From Minisyncoccia bacterium (GTDB lineage Bacteria; Patescibacteriota; Minisyncoccia; SW-4-49-11): a stretch of 64,000 nt of DNA. The stretch is from assembly GCA_044356725.1 (NCBI GenBank), contig JBIKVS010000002.1, positions 36,023 through 100,022 on the forward strand, read 5' to 3'. Positions 20,227 through 30,287 of the stretch are shown piece after piece; within the stretch, counting starts at the first letter, position 1; every line of letters starts with the position of its first letter. A program made the position numbers and the translations under genes. The notes beneath the pieces were generated by a model, which made no database searches, was not told the DNA's origin, and was given only the letters and a program-made list of their open reading frames with translations.

Positions 20227-20880
20227 TTATTTCTTTAATTCGGCATCTATTAGAGCTTTGAATTCATCTACTGTTTGAGGATTTTTAATAACAACCCCAT
20301 TTAAAATGAAGGTTGGAGTTGAATTAACCCCAAGTGCTACTCCTGATTGATAATCTTTCTCTACTCGCTCTTTAGCATCATCTTCAGGTAATAAATCTTC
20401 ATCAAATTCAGCTACATCAAGACCAATAGCTTTAGCATAAGCTCCAAATAAACCTCTTGGATCTTCTTCTTTAGACCATTCTGCTTGATTTTTGAAAAGC
20501 TCATCTTTCATCTCCCAGAATTTACCTTCCTCACCTGCAGCCTCAGCAGCTTGAGCAGCTAGGCCGGCATTAGGATGAATACTTCTTAGAGGGAAATGCC
20601 TATAAACTATTCTCAAATCCTCAGCACTATAGTCTGATCTTAATTGTTTTACAATATCTTCATAAGCCTTACAGGCTGGACATTGAAAGTCAGAATATTC
20701 AACTAGAGTAACTTTTGCATCTTTATTCCCCAAATAAGTATCCTCATCTGTAACCTCTACATTCACATTCCTTGAACCTGTATCTTGAGTTCTAATTCCC
20801 CAAAACACTGCACCTGCTACTACCAAAATTGTAATTATAACTATTACTTTTCCGATTAAATTATTTTCCGTTGCTTCCAT
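20227..20880 (-). CDS. DsbA-family protein, membrane anchored
   Basis: TM anchor; EYSDFQCPAC, RHFPL and GVNSTPTF. Confidence 0.9.
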   Translation of the reverse strand: MEATENNLIGKVIVIITILVVAGAVFWGIRTQDTGSRNVNVEVTDEDTYLGNKDAKVTLVEYSDFQCPACKAYEDIVKQLRSDYSAEDLRIVYRHFPLRSIHPNAGLAAQAAEAAGEEGKFWEMKDELFKNQAEWSKEEDPRGLFGAYAKAIGLDVAEFDEDLLPEDDAKERVEKDYQSGVALGVNSTPTFILNGVVIKNPQTVDEFKALIDAELKK

Positions 20881-20958
20881 ATATATCTGTTAATAATTAA
20901 TTTATAATCCTTTTTTATTATACCATATTTTACATTAAATTAACAATAATATGAATTA

Positions 20959-22200
20959 TTAATGACTATGCCCGTGATGATGTGTATGTTCTGTTTGAGA
21001 TCTTGGCTTATGAACGTATTTATCAAACACCTTAGCAGCAATCAAACTAGTAATTGGTACAGCTAGTATAATAGCAATACTTCCTGAAAGAGTTCTTATT
21101 AATTCCTGTCCAATAAATTCCGAATTTAAGGTCACCCAAATTGGAATATTGGAACTATTAATATACAATAGTAAGAATAGTGGCAAGCTAGATCCCACAT
21201 AAGCTAAAGCGAGAGTATTGACTAATGATGCAATATGATCTCTTCCAACTGACATCCCAGCACTATATAATTGCTTAAACTTAGTCTTGGGATTTGCTCT
21301 TTTTATCTCATCTATGGTGGCAGCTTGAGCTACGGTAACATCATCTAGAACCCCAAGCATACCTACAATTACTCCTGCTAATAGTATTCCTCTTAGGTCT
21401 AAATCCGAATTTACAACTGAAGCTAAATAAAAGGTATCTTCACTACCAACCCCAAACATCTGTGCCAAATAGACAAAAATTGCTGAAATACCATAAGCCA
21501 GTATTAAGGTTAGGTTCATACTAACAAAAGCGATAAAAGTACGAGTCCTAAATCCATGAGATACAAATATAGTTAAAGTAATAATTGTAAAACTAGCTAT
21601 AAAAGTTACTAAAACTGGATTTTGCCCTCCTAGTAATGAAGGTACTAGATACCCAACCAGTACAGCTACACTAGCAATTAAGCCTATCATAGAACCTATC
21701 CCTTGCCTGCCAGCAAAGATTACAGTTAAAATCAGAAAAAAGACAAGCATTCCAAGCAAGCCCGGCAATCTATACCTATCCTGAATATAGTACTGCTCAT
21801 TATCACCTACCATTGTCCTTACCACTACCAAAACATCTCCTTTTTTATAAATTTGACTTTCTTGCAAATCAGTCCCTCCCCCATTTTCAACTACTATAAT
21901 TTCACCATTTTTATCTTTATCTAAAATTTTGAGAGTCAAATTTTGAGTTATAAGTTTACGGCCTAATAATTCACCTTCTTCTGTTTCTACTGCTTGTACC
22001 TCCGCTCTATAAAATCCATCTGGCTCAGTATATTGATCACTTTGACCCCCCTTTCTATTGTCATTATCTATAGGAGTCTCATCTAAAATTTCTTGTTCCT
22101 CTAAATTATTAATCAATTCACTTTCTTGCTCTTGAGCAAAATTATATTTGGGTAAAAAAATTAAAGATATAATTCCAAGAGTATAGATAAATTTTTGCAT
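20959..22200 (-). CDS. YibE/F family membrane protein with His-rich tail
   Basis: GMLGVLDDVTVAQ and GRDHIASLVNTLALAYVGSSLP; C-terminal HTHHHGHSH. Confidence 0.88.
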   Translation of the reverse strand: MQKFIYTLGIISLIFLPKYNFAQEQESELINNLEEQEILDETPIDNDNRKGGQSDQYTEPDGFYRAEVQAVETEEGELLGRKLITQNLTLKILDKDKNGEIIVVENGGGTDLQESQIYKKGDVLVVVRTMVGDNEQYYIQDRYRLPGLLGMLVFFLILTVIFAGRQGIGSMIGLIASVAVLVGYLVPSLLGGQNPVLVTFIASFTIITLTIFVSHGFRTRTFIAFVSMNLTLILAYGISAIFVYLAQMFGVGSEDTFYLASVVNSDLDLRGILLAGVIVGMLGVLDDVTVAQAATIDEIKRANPKTKFKQLYSAGMSVGRDHIASLVNTLALAYVGSSLPLFLLLYINSSNIPIWVTLNSEFIGQELIRTLSGSIAIILAVPITSLIAAKVFDKYVHKPRSQTEHTHHHGHSH

Positions 22201-22216
22201 ATTTTATAATTATAGA

Positions 22217-23542
22217 TTATTTACTTTTTGAAATAATGTCTTTAGCAAGATATGGTCTTAATACCTTAGGGATTACAATACTACCATCAGCTTGCTGATA
22301 GTTTTCCATAATCGCAATTATAATTCTACCGATAGCAAAGACAGTAGCATCATTCATATGTACAAAATTCTTTTTGCCATCGACATCTCTGTATCTGGTC
22401 TGCAATCTACGAGCTTGGAAATCTCCCATATAATCTGAAGTATGCGTTTCACGATATTGATTTTGTCCAGGTAGCCAAGTTTCTATATCATAAGCTCTTA
22501 TATCTGGAGTTCCCATATCAGCAGTACATTTTAGTACCACCTGATAAGGTAATTCTAATTGTTGCATAAGATATTCTTGAATAGCTACAATCAAATCTTG
22601 TTCTGCAAACCCTGAGTCCTTATCACTAAATACTTCAATTTCAATTTTATCAAATTGATGTAATCTCAAAATACCCTTCATATCCTTACCATAAGTACCA
22701 GCTTCTCGTCTAAAAGCAGTTGAATACCCCACATATCTAAGAGGTAGTTGTTTATAATCTAAAATTTCATCCATATGAAGTGGTCCCAAAGTATGCTCAG
22801 CACTACCAACCAACATCAATCCATCCTCAGTAGTCTGATACCTATCATCAATTGGATCAAGCCTTCCCATTCTCTTCATAACTTCTGCCTTCATCAAAAC
22901 TGGGGGAACAACAGGGGTATAGGCTTTATAAGATATATTTCCAAGCCCTGATTTATGAATAATTGCTTGAATAGTATTACTGTCTTTGAGTGTAGATAAC
23001 ACCCATTGCACTAAAGCAAATTGCAAAAGCACTAAATCTCCTTTTAGATAAGCAAATCTTGCCCCCGAGACTTCGGCTGACTTTTCAGTATCAATTAAAT
23101 CCAAAGTTTTACCCAATTGCCAATGTTCCAAAGGAGTAAAGCTAAAGACTGGCTTTTCCCCAACTTGTCTTAATACCACATTCTCATCCTCAGACAATCC
23201 AATTGGAGTATCATCTGAATAAGTATTAGGAATTTTATACATTAAGTCACTATAAATCTCATCAACTTTCACAAAATCTAAATCTAGCTGAGATAATTTA
23301 TCTTTAATATCTTTACCTTTTTGAATTAAAGCCTTTTTCTCATCATCTGTAAGAGTAGACATTTGCTTCATTTGCTCAGCAATAGAGTTTTTGTCAGTCC
23401 TCAAACTTTCAATTCTTTGTAATAAACCCTGCCTTTCCTCAAATACAGACATCAGATAATCTATATCTACTACTACTTTTTTATTCTTTGCAACTTCAAT
23501 CAGAAAATCTCGATTGGCTTTAATATAAGATATATCTAACAT
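22217..23542 (-). CDS. serS: Serine--tRNA ligase
   Basis: N-terminal coiled coil; GSAEH, FRREAG, LRLHQFDKIE and DFQARRL. Confidence 0.96.
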   Translation of the reverse strand: MLDISYIKANRDFLIEVAKNKKVVVDIDYLMSVFEERQGLLQRIESLRTDKNSIAEQMKQMSTLTDDEKKALIQKGKDIKDKLSQLDLDFVKVDEIYSDLMYKIPNTYSDDTPIGLSEDENVVLRQVGEKPVFSFTPLEHWQLGKTLDLIDTEKSAEVSGARFAYLKGDLVLLQFALVQWVLSTLKDSNTIQAIIHKSGLGNISYKAYTPVVPPVLMKAEVMKRMGRLDPIDDRYQTTEDGLMLVGSAEHTLGPLHMDEILDYKQLPLRYVGYSTAFRREAGTYGKDMKGILRLHQFDKIEIEVFSDKDSGFAEQDLIVAIQEYLMQQLELPYQVVLKCTADMGTPDIRAYDIETWLPGQNQYRETHTSDYMGDFQARRLQTRYRDVDGKKNFVHMNDATVFAIGRIIIAIMENYQQADGSIVIPKVLRPYLAKDIISKSK

Positions 23543-23642
23543 ATTTATGCATAATTTTATATAATATTAAGTATATCACAGCTAAGCTATACACTCAACA
23601 CAAATTATATGATATAATGAGACATATTATTAAGTAATAAAA

Positions 23643-25967
23643 ATGAAAATAAGAATTAATAAAGGTTTTTCACTCCTAGAAATACTCTTAGTAATAACAT
23701 TATTGTCTATATTGTTTACTATATTAGTGGTGAGAATAAATCCTCGAAATATAGTTTATATATCAGAAGACAATAAAAGAGAGGCTGATGCATTGACAAT
23801 TTATCAAGCCTTAGAGCAATATGCTATCAAGAATAATGCCTATCCAGAGAGTATAAAGAATATGCCTAATAATAGTTCAGCTTATATCTGTAAAACCTCC
23901 GCCCCAAATTGCCAAGCCCCAAAAATAAATTTATCTTCCATACTAGTACCAACATATTTCTCTAAAATTCCAGAATATTCTACAGATAATACTAATAGTG
24001 GGTTTTATGTAATTAAAGATATTAATGGTAAAATTGGAGTTGGAGGAGTAAGACAATTAGACGAGACGACCTTTGTCAAAGGATTGGAGAGTCAAAGTTT
24101 TGCGACGATTCCAAATCAACCATCAAAGTTAGCTGTAACCTCCTGTACATATGCGAATAAAAAAATAAGTATACCCTATACAGCAGGAGAAGTAGGCTAT
24201 AATTATGCTAGTCAAACAATTAACTCCACGGGAGTAACCGGATTAACAGCAACATTATTAGGAGATGAACCTCTCGCAACAGGAGGCACCGTCATAGATA
24301 GTGGAGGTTTCCGCTATCACGTCTTTACGAGTAGCGGAACATTTAATGTAACAACTACCAACCAGATGACTGTTGTTCTTGTCGGCGGTGGGGGTGGCGG
24401 TGGTGGTGGACACGCTAATGCAGGTGCAGGTGCAGGTGCGGGCGGTAAACTTGTCACACTTGCTGAATCTATTCCATCAGGCTCATTTAACATTGTTATC
24501 GGTGACGCCGGAGGCGGAGGAGCAAATGGTGTCGCCGGGAATAACGGCCAAGCGTCAACAGGATTCAGTTATACGGCTACCGGTGGACAGGGCGGAGGAT
24601 CGGGTTGGATCGGAGATTCACGAAATGGCCAAGGTGGGACTACGGGTGGTTCTGCGGGTGGGGCCAGTGGTCTTGCAGGAAGCCAAGGTGGTGCAAACGG
24701 TGGCGGATGGGATGACGGAGCAGAGGTTCTTAATTCGTTTATCGGCAACGGTGCCGGCGGAGCAGATGTAGGTGGTACTTATTCTGGTGGAGGCGGCGGA
24801 GGTGGTGTTACGGTATCACTTTCCAGTGTGGCGGCGATAAATGGCACCATAGGTTCAAATGCGGTCAAGTACTACACAGAAAATGCAGGCCCTGGCGGAG
24901 CTGGGTATGGGGCTGGCGGTGGAGGTGCATCTGGACCGAATGCCGGGGGTGCAGGAGCAAAAGGGATTGTCATAGTGAGGTATCAATTAGCAACAGGAGG
25001 TAACTTAGCTACCAGTGGACTTCTAGAATATACAGTCACAGGGACTCCTAGTGGAGTAGGAACCGCTAATTTTGATCTTAGCAATATTGGTAATATGGGA
25101 GTTGGTTGTAATAATAGTAATATAGCGGTTAATGTGACAGGAACTCTCGCAACAGGAGGAGATACTACAACAGATATAACAGTAGGAGCCGATACATATA
25201 GAGTACACACATTTACAACCGTCGGTACATCTAGTTTGAATGTAACACAAGGTGGAGAGTTTGAATATCTAGTAGTTGGTGGAGGCGGTGCTGGAGGTCC
25301 TACATATCATGGCGCCGGGGGAGGAGCAGGGGGATATCGTTCTTCAGTGATAGGAGAAATGTCTGGTGGAGGAAGTATGGCAGAGCCAAGTTTAACTATA
25401 AATAGTGGATCCTATCAAGTTACGGTTGGAGCTGGTGGAATTGGAGGAGTGAATAATGGTAATGGCGTAAATTCAACATTTTCTAATATAATAGCACTAG
25501 GTGGTGGAGGCGGTAATGGCAGAACTGGAGGATCAGGGTCAGGTACTTCTTACGGTTCCTCAGGTGTTAGTGTTGGTTTAGGAACTGCTAGCCAAGGATA
25601 TAATGGTGGTACGGGACTTATGACATCTGCTGCACCTAATTATGGCTCAGGTGGTGGTGGTGGTGCCGGAGGAGTAGGCCAAACAGGGACATCTACTTCT
25701 GGTGGAAATGGAGGTATAGGTTTAACCTCATCAATTAATGGGACTCCGATGACACGTGCAGGTGGTGGTGGTGGATCTACATATAATGGGGGCTCCCCAG
25801 GACAAGGTATTGCTGGCGGTGGAAATGGAAGTAACGGACAAGGTACATCTGCAGCATTAAACTCTGGAAGTGGAGGTGGAGGATCTGAACGATCTGCTGG
25901 AATAATTCAAGGTGGCTCCGGTGGTTCCGGCATCGTAATCGTGAGGTATAAGTTATTTGACTATTGA
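23643..25967 (+). CDS. Type IV pilin-like protein with two glycine-rich (phage-tail-like) modules and an interrupted beta-sandwich
   Basis: KGFSLLEILLVI prepilin site; two ATGG..HxFT..VGGGG..GIVIVRY modules. Confidence 0.85.
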   Translation: MKIRINKGFSLLEILLVITLLSILFTILVVRINPRNIVYISEDNKREADALTIYQALEQYAIKNNAYPESIKNMPNNSSAYICKTSAPNCQAPKINLSSILVPTYFSKIPEYSTDNTNSGFYVIKDINGKIGVGGVRQLDETTFVKGLESQSFATIPNQPSKLAVTSCTYANKKISIPYTAGEVGYNYASQTINSTGVTGLTATLLGDEPLATGGTVIDSGGFRYHVFTSSGTFNVTTTNQMTVVLVGGGGGGGGGHANAGAGAGAGGKLVTLAESIPSGSFNIVIGDAGGGGANGVAGNNGQASTGFSYTATGGQGGGSGWIGDSRNGQGGTTGGSAGGASGLAGSQGGANGGGWDDGAEVLNSFIGNGAGGADVGGTYSGGGGGGGVTVSLSSVAAINGTIGSNAVKYYTENAGPGGAGYGAGGGGASGPNAGGAGAKGIVIVRYQLATGGNLATSGLLEYTVTGTPSGVGTANFDLSNIGNMGVGCNNSNIAVNVTGTLATGGDTTTDITVGADTYRVHTFTTVGTSSLNVTQGGEFEYLVVGGGGAGGPTYHGAGGGAGGYRSSVIGEMSGGGSMAEPSLTINSGSYQVTVGAGGIGGVNNGNGVNSTFSNIIALGGGGGNGRTGGSGSGTSYGSSGVSVGLGTASQGYNGGTGLMTSAAPNYGSGGGGGAGGVGQTGTSTSGGNGGIGLTSSINGTPMTRAGGGGGSTYNGGSPGQGIAGGGNGSNGQGTSAALNSGSGGGGSERSAGIIQGGSGGSGIVIVRYKLFDY

Positions 25968-26222
25968 TTCTATATTAAGTGTACTAATTCATAAAGTTAA
26001 TAAACATATCGACATAGTATTTTAGCACTTTGAGTTCCTGGACTCCTTGATGGGAGGTGGAACCGTAGGTGTCGTAAGAGTGCAGATTTAAATTTCCCTC
26101 TATTCCTTAACTTAATAAAAAAATAAAGTCACCCGTAGTAGAAAAAATGTTTTCCCCTACCCCCTCCCTGTCCGTTCCCAACATAAAAATAATCCCCAAG
26201 TTTTTGGGGATTATTTTTATTG

Positions 26223-26305
26223 TGCTGGTGAACGGACTTGAACCGTTACGGAGTTGCCTCCAAAGGATTTTGAGTCCTTCGTGTCTACCATTCCACCACA
26301 CCAGC
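26223..26305 (-). tRNA. tRNA-Leu (CAA)
   Basis: GCTGGTGTGGTGGAATGGTAGACACGAAGGACT-CAA-AATCCTT, long variable arm, GGTTCAAGTCC T-arm; CCA not encoded; terminator hairpin at about 26185-26220. Confidence 0.95.
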
Positions 26306-26427
26306 TATGTATTATTATAATTGTGGATAACTATGTTAGTATACCTGTCTATAAACCCCTTGTCAATAATTTTAAAGTATGTTATAATATAAAAGTATTA
26401 GCGATATCAAAATAAAATATTAAAGAT

Positions 26428-27123
26428 ATGCATAACTCAGACGACAAATCTCAGCAAATTGCTGAACTAGAACAAATTGTAAAAGAAGCAGAAGCTAGGC
26501 TAAACCAAGCAAGGGCTATGTTAACTCAAGTTGCTGGAGCTAGCCAACCCTACACAAGTGTAGCTGGACAAGCAGAAAAAATTGTATTGGGAGAATTTAC
26601 CGGAGAATATATGGTAGATGAAAACAAAAAACAATATCCTGTACCTGCCAACTATGCTAGTAAATCTAAGTTGATTGAAGGAGATCAGCTTAAGCTTACA
26701 ATAACTGCAGATGGAGCTTTCATTTATAAGCAAATTGGTCCAGCTCCTCGTAGAAGAGCTATTGGAATTATTACCTATCAGGATAATAGTTATTTTGCTA
26801 AAGTTGGAGATGAGCTTTATAGATTATTAACTGCTTCTGTTACCTACTTTAGATTATCTCCAGGAGATGAAGTAACAATTTTAACTCCTTTAACCAAAAA
26901 AAGTGAATGGGCAGCTATTGAAAATGTAGTTAGTTCTGTAACACTTGGAATAGTTAATCCTAATGCTCCCTCACAACTTGGAACTACAACTGTGACTAAT
27001 TATCAAACTTCTACCCCTAATAACCCTACTGTTACTGAGACTGAACCAGAAACTACGCCAGCCGATGAAACTGATTCTGATGAAAAATCAGATGATGAGG
27101 AATTAAAAATACAGCCTTGGTAA
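26428..27123 (+). CDS. Conserved hypothetical protein typical of CPR genomes (YPVPANYASKSKL motif), acidic tail
   Basis: N-terminal coiled coil; GEFTGEYM..YPVPANYASKSKLIEGD..FIYKQIGP, recalled from CPR genomes; function unknown. Confidence 0.7.
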   Translation: MHNSDDKSQQIAELEQIVKEAEARLNQARAMLTQVAGASQPYTSVAGQAEKIVLGEFTGEYMVDENKKQYPVPANYASKSKLIEGDQLKLTITADGAFIYKQIGPAPRRRAIGIITYQDNSYFAKVGDELYRLLTASVTYFRLSPGDEVTILTPLTKKSEWAAIENVVSSVTLGIVNPNAPSQLGTTTVTNYQTSTPNNPTVTETEPETTPADETDSDEKSDDEELKIQPW

Positions 27124-27548
27124 ATCTCAGAGAAATTATAGTATTTGGTATAATTGGAGTCATAAATACCTCGATTGATATCGGGGTATTTATGTTTTTA
27201 AAATATATATTTCAGATTAATAATCAATCTGATTGGCTAATTTTCATAAATCTAATCGCTATTATATTAGCAATTATTTTTAGTTATTTTGCTAATAAAT
27301 ACTTTACTTTTCAACATAAAGCAAAAACTAATACTAAAGAAATAACTAGTTTTCTAATTGTAAATTTAGTTGGATTTTTAGTTAATACAAGTATTTTAAG
27401 GCTTGTTATTTATTTATTACCTAGTGAAGTTAGTTTGCCTGTAATTCCATTCTTGATAGATCCTGCCTTTATTGGTAAAATATTAGGAACAGCTGGCTCA
27501 ATGGTAGTTACCTTTATTGGATATAAATTTTTTGTATTTAATAAATAA
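27117..27548 (+). CDS. GtrA family protein
   Basis: FGIIGVINTSID, SYFANKYFTF, 4 TM helices, YKFFVF end. Confidence 0.88.
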   Translation: MVNLREIIVFGIIGVINTSIDIGVFMFLKYIFQINNQSDWLIFINLIAIILAIIFSYFANKYFTFQHKAKTNTKEITSFLIVNLVGFLVNTSILRLVIYLLPSEVSLPVIPFLIDPAFIGKILGTAGSMVVTFIGYKFFVFNK

Positions 27549-27560
27549 AAGAATAGTTTT

Positions 27561-29192
27561 ATGCCCGCTTTATATCGTACTTATAGACCTCAAAACTTCA
27601 AGCAAGTTATAGGTCAAGAAATTATTAAAACCACCCTACAAAATGCGATTATCAACAATCGCACTGTACATTCATATCTTTTCAGTGGACCTCGTGGAAC
27701 TGGGAAAACCACAATGGCTAGAATTTTTGCAAAAGCCTTAAATTGTATCAATCGACAACCTAATTCAGCCGAACCTTGTAATCTTTGTGATAATTGTAAA
27801 TCTATTAACGATAATTCATTTATTGACTTAGTTGAAATTGATGCCGCTTCCAATCGTGGAATCGATGAAATTCGTAATTTAAAGGAAGCTATTCGATTTG
27901 CCCCTTCTCAGAAAAATGGCTATAAAATATATATTATAGATGAGTCTCATATGTTAACCAAAGATGCGTCCAATGCTCTTTTAAAAACACTAGAAGAACC
28001 CCCTCATAATACCATTTTTATTTTAGCTACGACTGATGCTCATAAAATGCTACCCACCATTCTCTCGAGAGTTCAAAAATTTGATTTCAAACCATTAGCT
28101 CACTCAGAGTTAAAGCAAAAGATTTTATTTATAACCAAAGAAGAACAAATCAAAATCGACGAGCAAGTAGTGAATCAAATTATATTACAAGCGATGGGAG
28201 GAGCTAGAGATGCTGAGAGTATTCTAGGTAAATTAATCTCAGCTGGAACAGAAGATATTACAATAGATTTTGCCTCCACAATTCTAGGTAAAAATTCTTA
28301 CTTTGAAGCTTATACTTTATTGGAATTTTTATCACACAATCAACTATATTTAGCTATTCAACATATTCATAAATTATATAATGATGGTTATGGAATGGAA
28401 CAATTAATCACTAATTTACTAACTATTAGTCATAATATATTTTTATTACAAATTGATAAAAATCTAATTCAACAAGAATCTTTATTGGATGATGAATATT
28501 CCCGATTAGAAATATTAGCTACAGATATATCTAAAATGAAAGTTAGAGATTTTATTCAGGATCTTGAGACTATTAAATCACAAACCCACTCAGCTTATTT
28601 ACCATATCTACCTTTGGAATTAGTTATAGCTAAAATTTGGGATATAGATAGTATGAATCAAAATTCAAATAATATTATCCCCGATAATATAGATAAGACA
28701 ACAATTATAAATTCTGATACAAAATTAGCCCCTAAAACTAAGCCTATAGAGAATATTCCTCCCCAGAATACACCTCCACCAGCTCCTACAACACCCCAAC
28801 CTAAAGATAACCCAATAGTCAAAGAAACATCTGGCTCTGCAGATATTTATAGTGTATACAAAGTGTATCCCGCTATTAATAAATCCTTAACTAAAACTAA
28901 CAAAAGTTTAGCTATAATTTTTGCTCAAACCCATCCTGTTGAGATAATAGATAATATCATTATAATCGCCGTAGAATCTGATTTTTATAGATCTAGATTA
29001 GAGAAAACCACCAAGCTTATCTTAGAATATATAACAGAACACTTTCCTTCTATAATGGGAATAAATTTTATTACTAAAAAAGTTGAACCTGTTTCATTTG
29101 ATTTCAACCAAAACCCAGAATCTGATGTTGAAAATGATAAGCCTAAAGATATTAATGATACTATAGCCGATATTTTTAAGGATAGTCTATAA
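27561..29192 (+). CDS. dnaX: DNA polymerase III subunit gamma/tau
   Basis: LYRTYRPQNF, GPRGTGKTT, PCNLCDNC, EIDAASNRG, LLKTLEEPP and TILSR. Confidence 0.96.
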   Translation: MPALYRTYRPQNFKQVIGQEIIKTTLQNAIINNRTVHSYLFSGPRGTGKTTMARIFAKALNCINRQPNSAEPCNLCDNCKSINDNSFIDLVEIDAASNRGIDEIRNLKEAIRFAPSQKNGYKIYIIDESHMLTKDASNALLKTLEEPPHNTIFILATTDAHKMLPTILSRVQKFDFKPLAHSELKQKILFITKEEQIKIDEQVVNQIILQAMGGARDAESILGKLISAGTEDITIDFASTILGKNSYFEAYTLLEFLSHNQLYLAIQHIHKLYNDGYGMEQLITNLLTISHNIFLLQIDKNLIQQESLLDDEYSRLEILATDISKMKVRDFIQDLETIKSQTHSAYLPYLPLELVIAKIWDIDSMNQNSNNIIPDNIDKTTIINSDTKLAPKTKPIENIPPQNTPPPAPTTPQPKDNPIVKETSGSADIYSVYKVYPAINKSLTKTNKSLAIIFAQTHPVEIIDNIIIIAVESDFYRSRLEKTTKLILEYITEHFPSIMGINFITKKVEPVSFDFNQNPESDVENDKPKDINDTIADIFKDSL

Positions 29193-30287
29193 TAGATTGT
29201 CTCTTTCTTTCAATAAAATTTCTAACTGAATATTGGTGTTTTGAATATGAATGAAAGCTTCATACGGAGAGCTAAATTGTAATATTTGTTTCTTATTATA
29301 ATTGTAATAATTAACATAATAAAAGAAATCTCTATTCATACTATAGAACAAATTCCTCATCAAAGGGTCATCGTCAATTGTATCAATTTCTGCATGTTCT
29401 TTACCTAGCATATAAGTAGCATATTCCCAAAGCCGAAATATAGCTTTTTCTAAATTAGAATATCGTGACCAATTTCTCTCTTCTTGAATACGAATGGAAG
29501 ATTGTTTTTTAGATTTATTTTTAATAATTTGAGCTTTAGTAGCCGTCAAGGCAATTTCAAGCCCCATAGATTTGGTCATTAAATCTATATCTTTATGGTT
29601 TTTTATATTCATTAAATCAAAATAATTATTACAGGTATACCAGTGAATATGAATATCTTTTTGCTCCACTTCACGAATCCAAGTCACGCGACCTCCTCTA
29701 AACCGTCTAAAGGACTTCAAAGACATAGTCACTGAGCCTCCTTTTCTTTCATTCACTGTAGTTATAAAATTTTTAATTCCAAGTCCAGTTAATAATTTTT
29801 CTAACGGTAATTGTCTATATATAAGTGGGATATAGACCGAATTTGGATTAAAATCTAAATAAGTTTTAATCCTATCTATTGTCCCTGCTATTTCATCCTT
29901 CCACCAGTCAAAATAATACATACTAAGATGACTACTTCCCCAATAGGCATCTGGTATTATATAGATTAAATCTTTTTGTAACATTTGCTGCAAAATATCC
30001 ATAAATTCAGGATATTTTGTATTAGCTACATCTAGAAAATGTCCCGTCACAATCACCGAAACCTTAATATTTTGAGTATATAGAAACTTAAATAATGGAA
30101 TATAAATTTGTTCAAATTCTCTTTGCCAAACAGATTCACTTTGTTGCTTATTTACAAATGGTAATTTCGGATTTTGTAATATATCCACCAAAGACTTAGA
30201 AGTATAAGAGAATATCAAAGATAGAGAAATAACTACAGGATATTCTTGCGGGATTGAAATCAAATTTATTTTATCTTTATTACTCAT
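29187..30287 (-). CDS. Divergent glycoside hydrolase family 57-like / polysaccharide deacetylase-fold protein
   Basis: Pattern YIPL..KVSVIVTGHFLD..KYPEFMD and C-terminal DFFYY..FSSPYEAFI resemble GH57 amylases; coupled to a glycogen synthase-like gene; catalytic motifs not recognisable. Confidence 0.5.
   Translation of the reverse strand: MSNKDKINLISIPQEYPVVISLSLIFSYTSKSLVDILQNPKLPFVNKQQSESVWQREFEQIYIPLFKFLYTQNIKVSVIVTGHFLDVANTKYPEFMDILQQMLQKDLIYIIPDAYWGSSHLSMYYFDWWKDEIAGTIDRIKTYLDFNPNSVYIPLIYRQLPLEKLLTGLGIKNFITTVNERKGGSVTMSLKSFRRFRGGRVTWIREVEQKDIHIHWYTCNNYFDLMNIKNHKDIDLMTKSMGLEIALTATKAQIIKNKSKKQSSIRIQEERNWSRYSNLEKAIFRLWEYATYMLGKEHAEIDTIDDDPLMRNLFYSMNRDFFYYVNYYNYNKKQILQFSSPYEAFIHIQNTNIQLEILLKERDNLL

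Noticed and set aside
23643-25967. Diversity-generating retroelement target (VR/TR pair) in the pilins
   Set aside because: No reverse transcriptase in the window and no near-identical repeat differing only at adenines; the two Gly-rich modules are broadly divergent.
26107-26301. 64-aa ORF (and 45918-46130)
   Set aside because: Shadow ORFs over the tRNA-Leu gene and the tRNA-like sequences.
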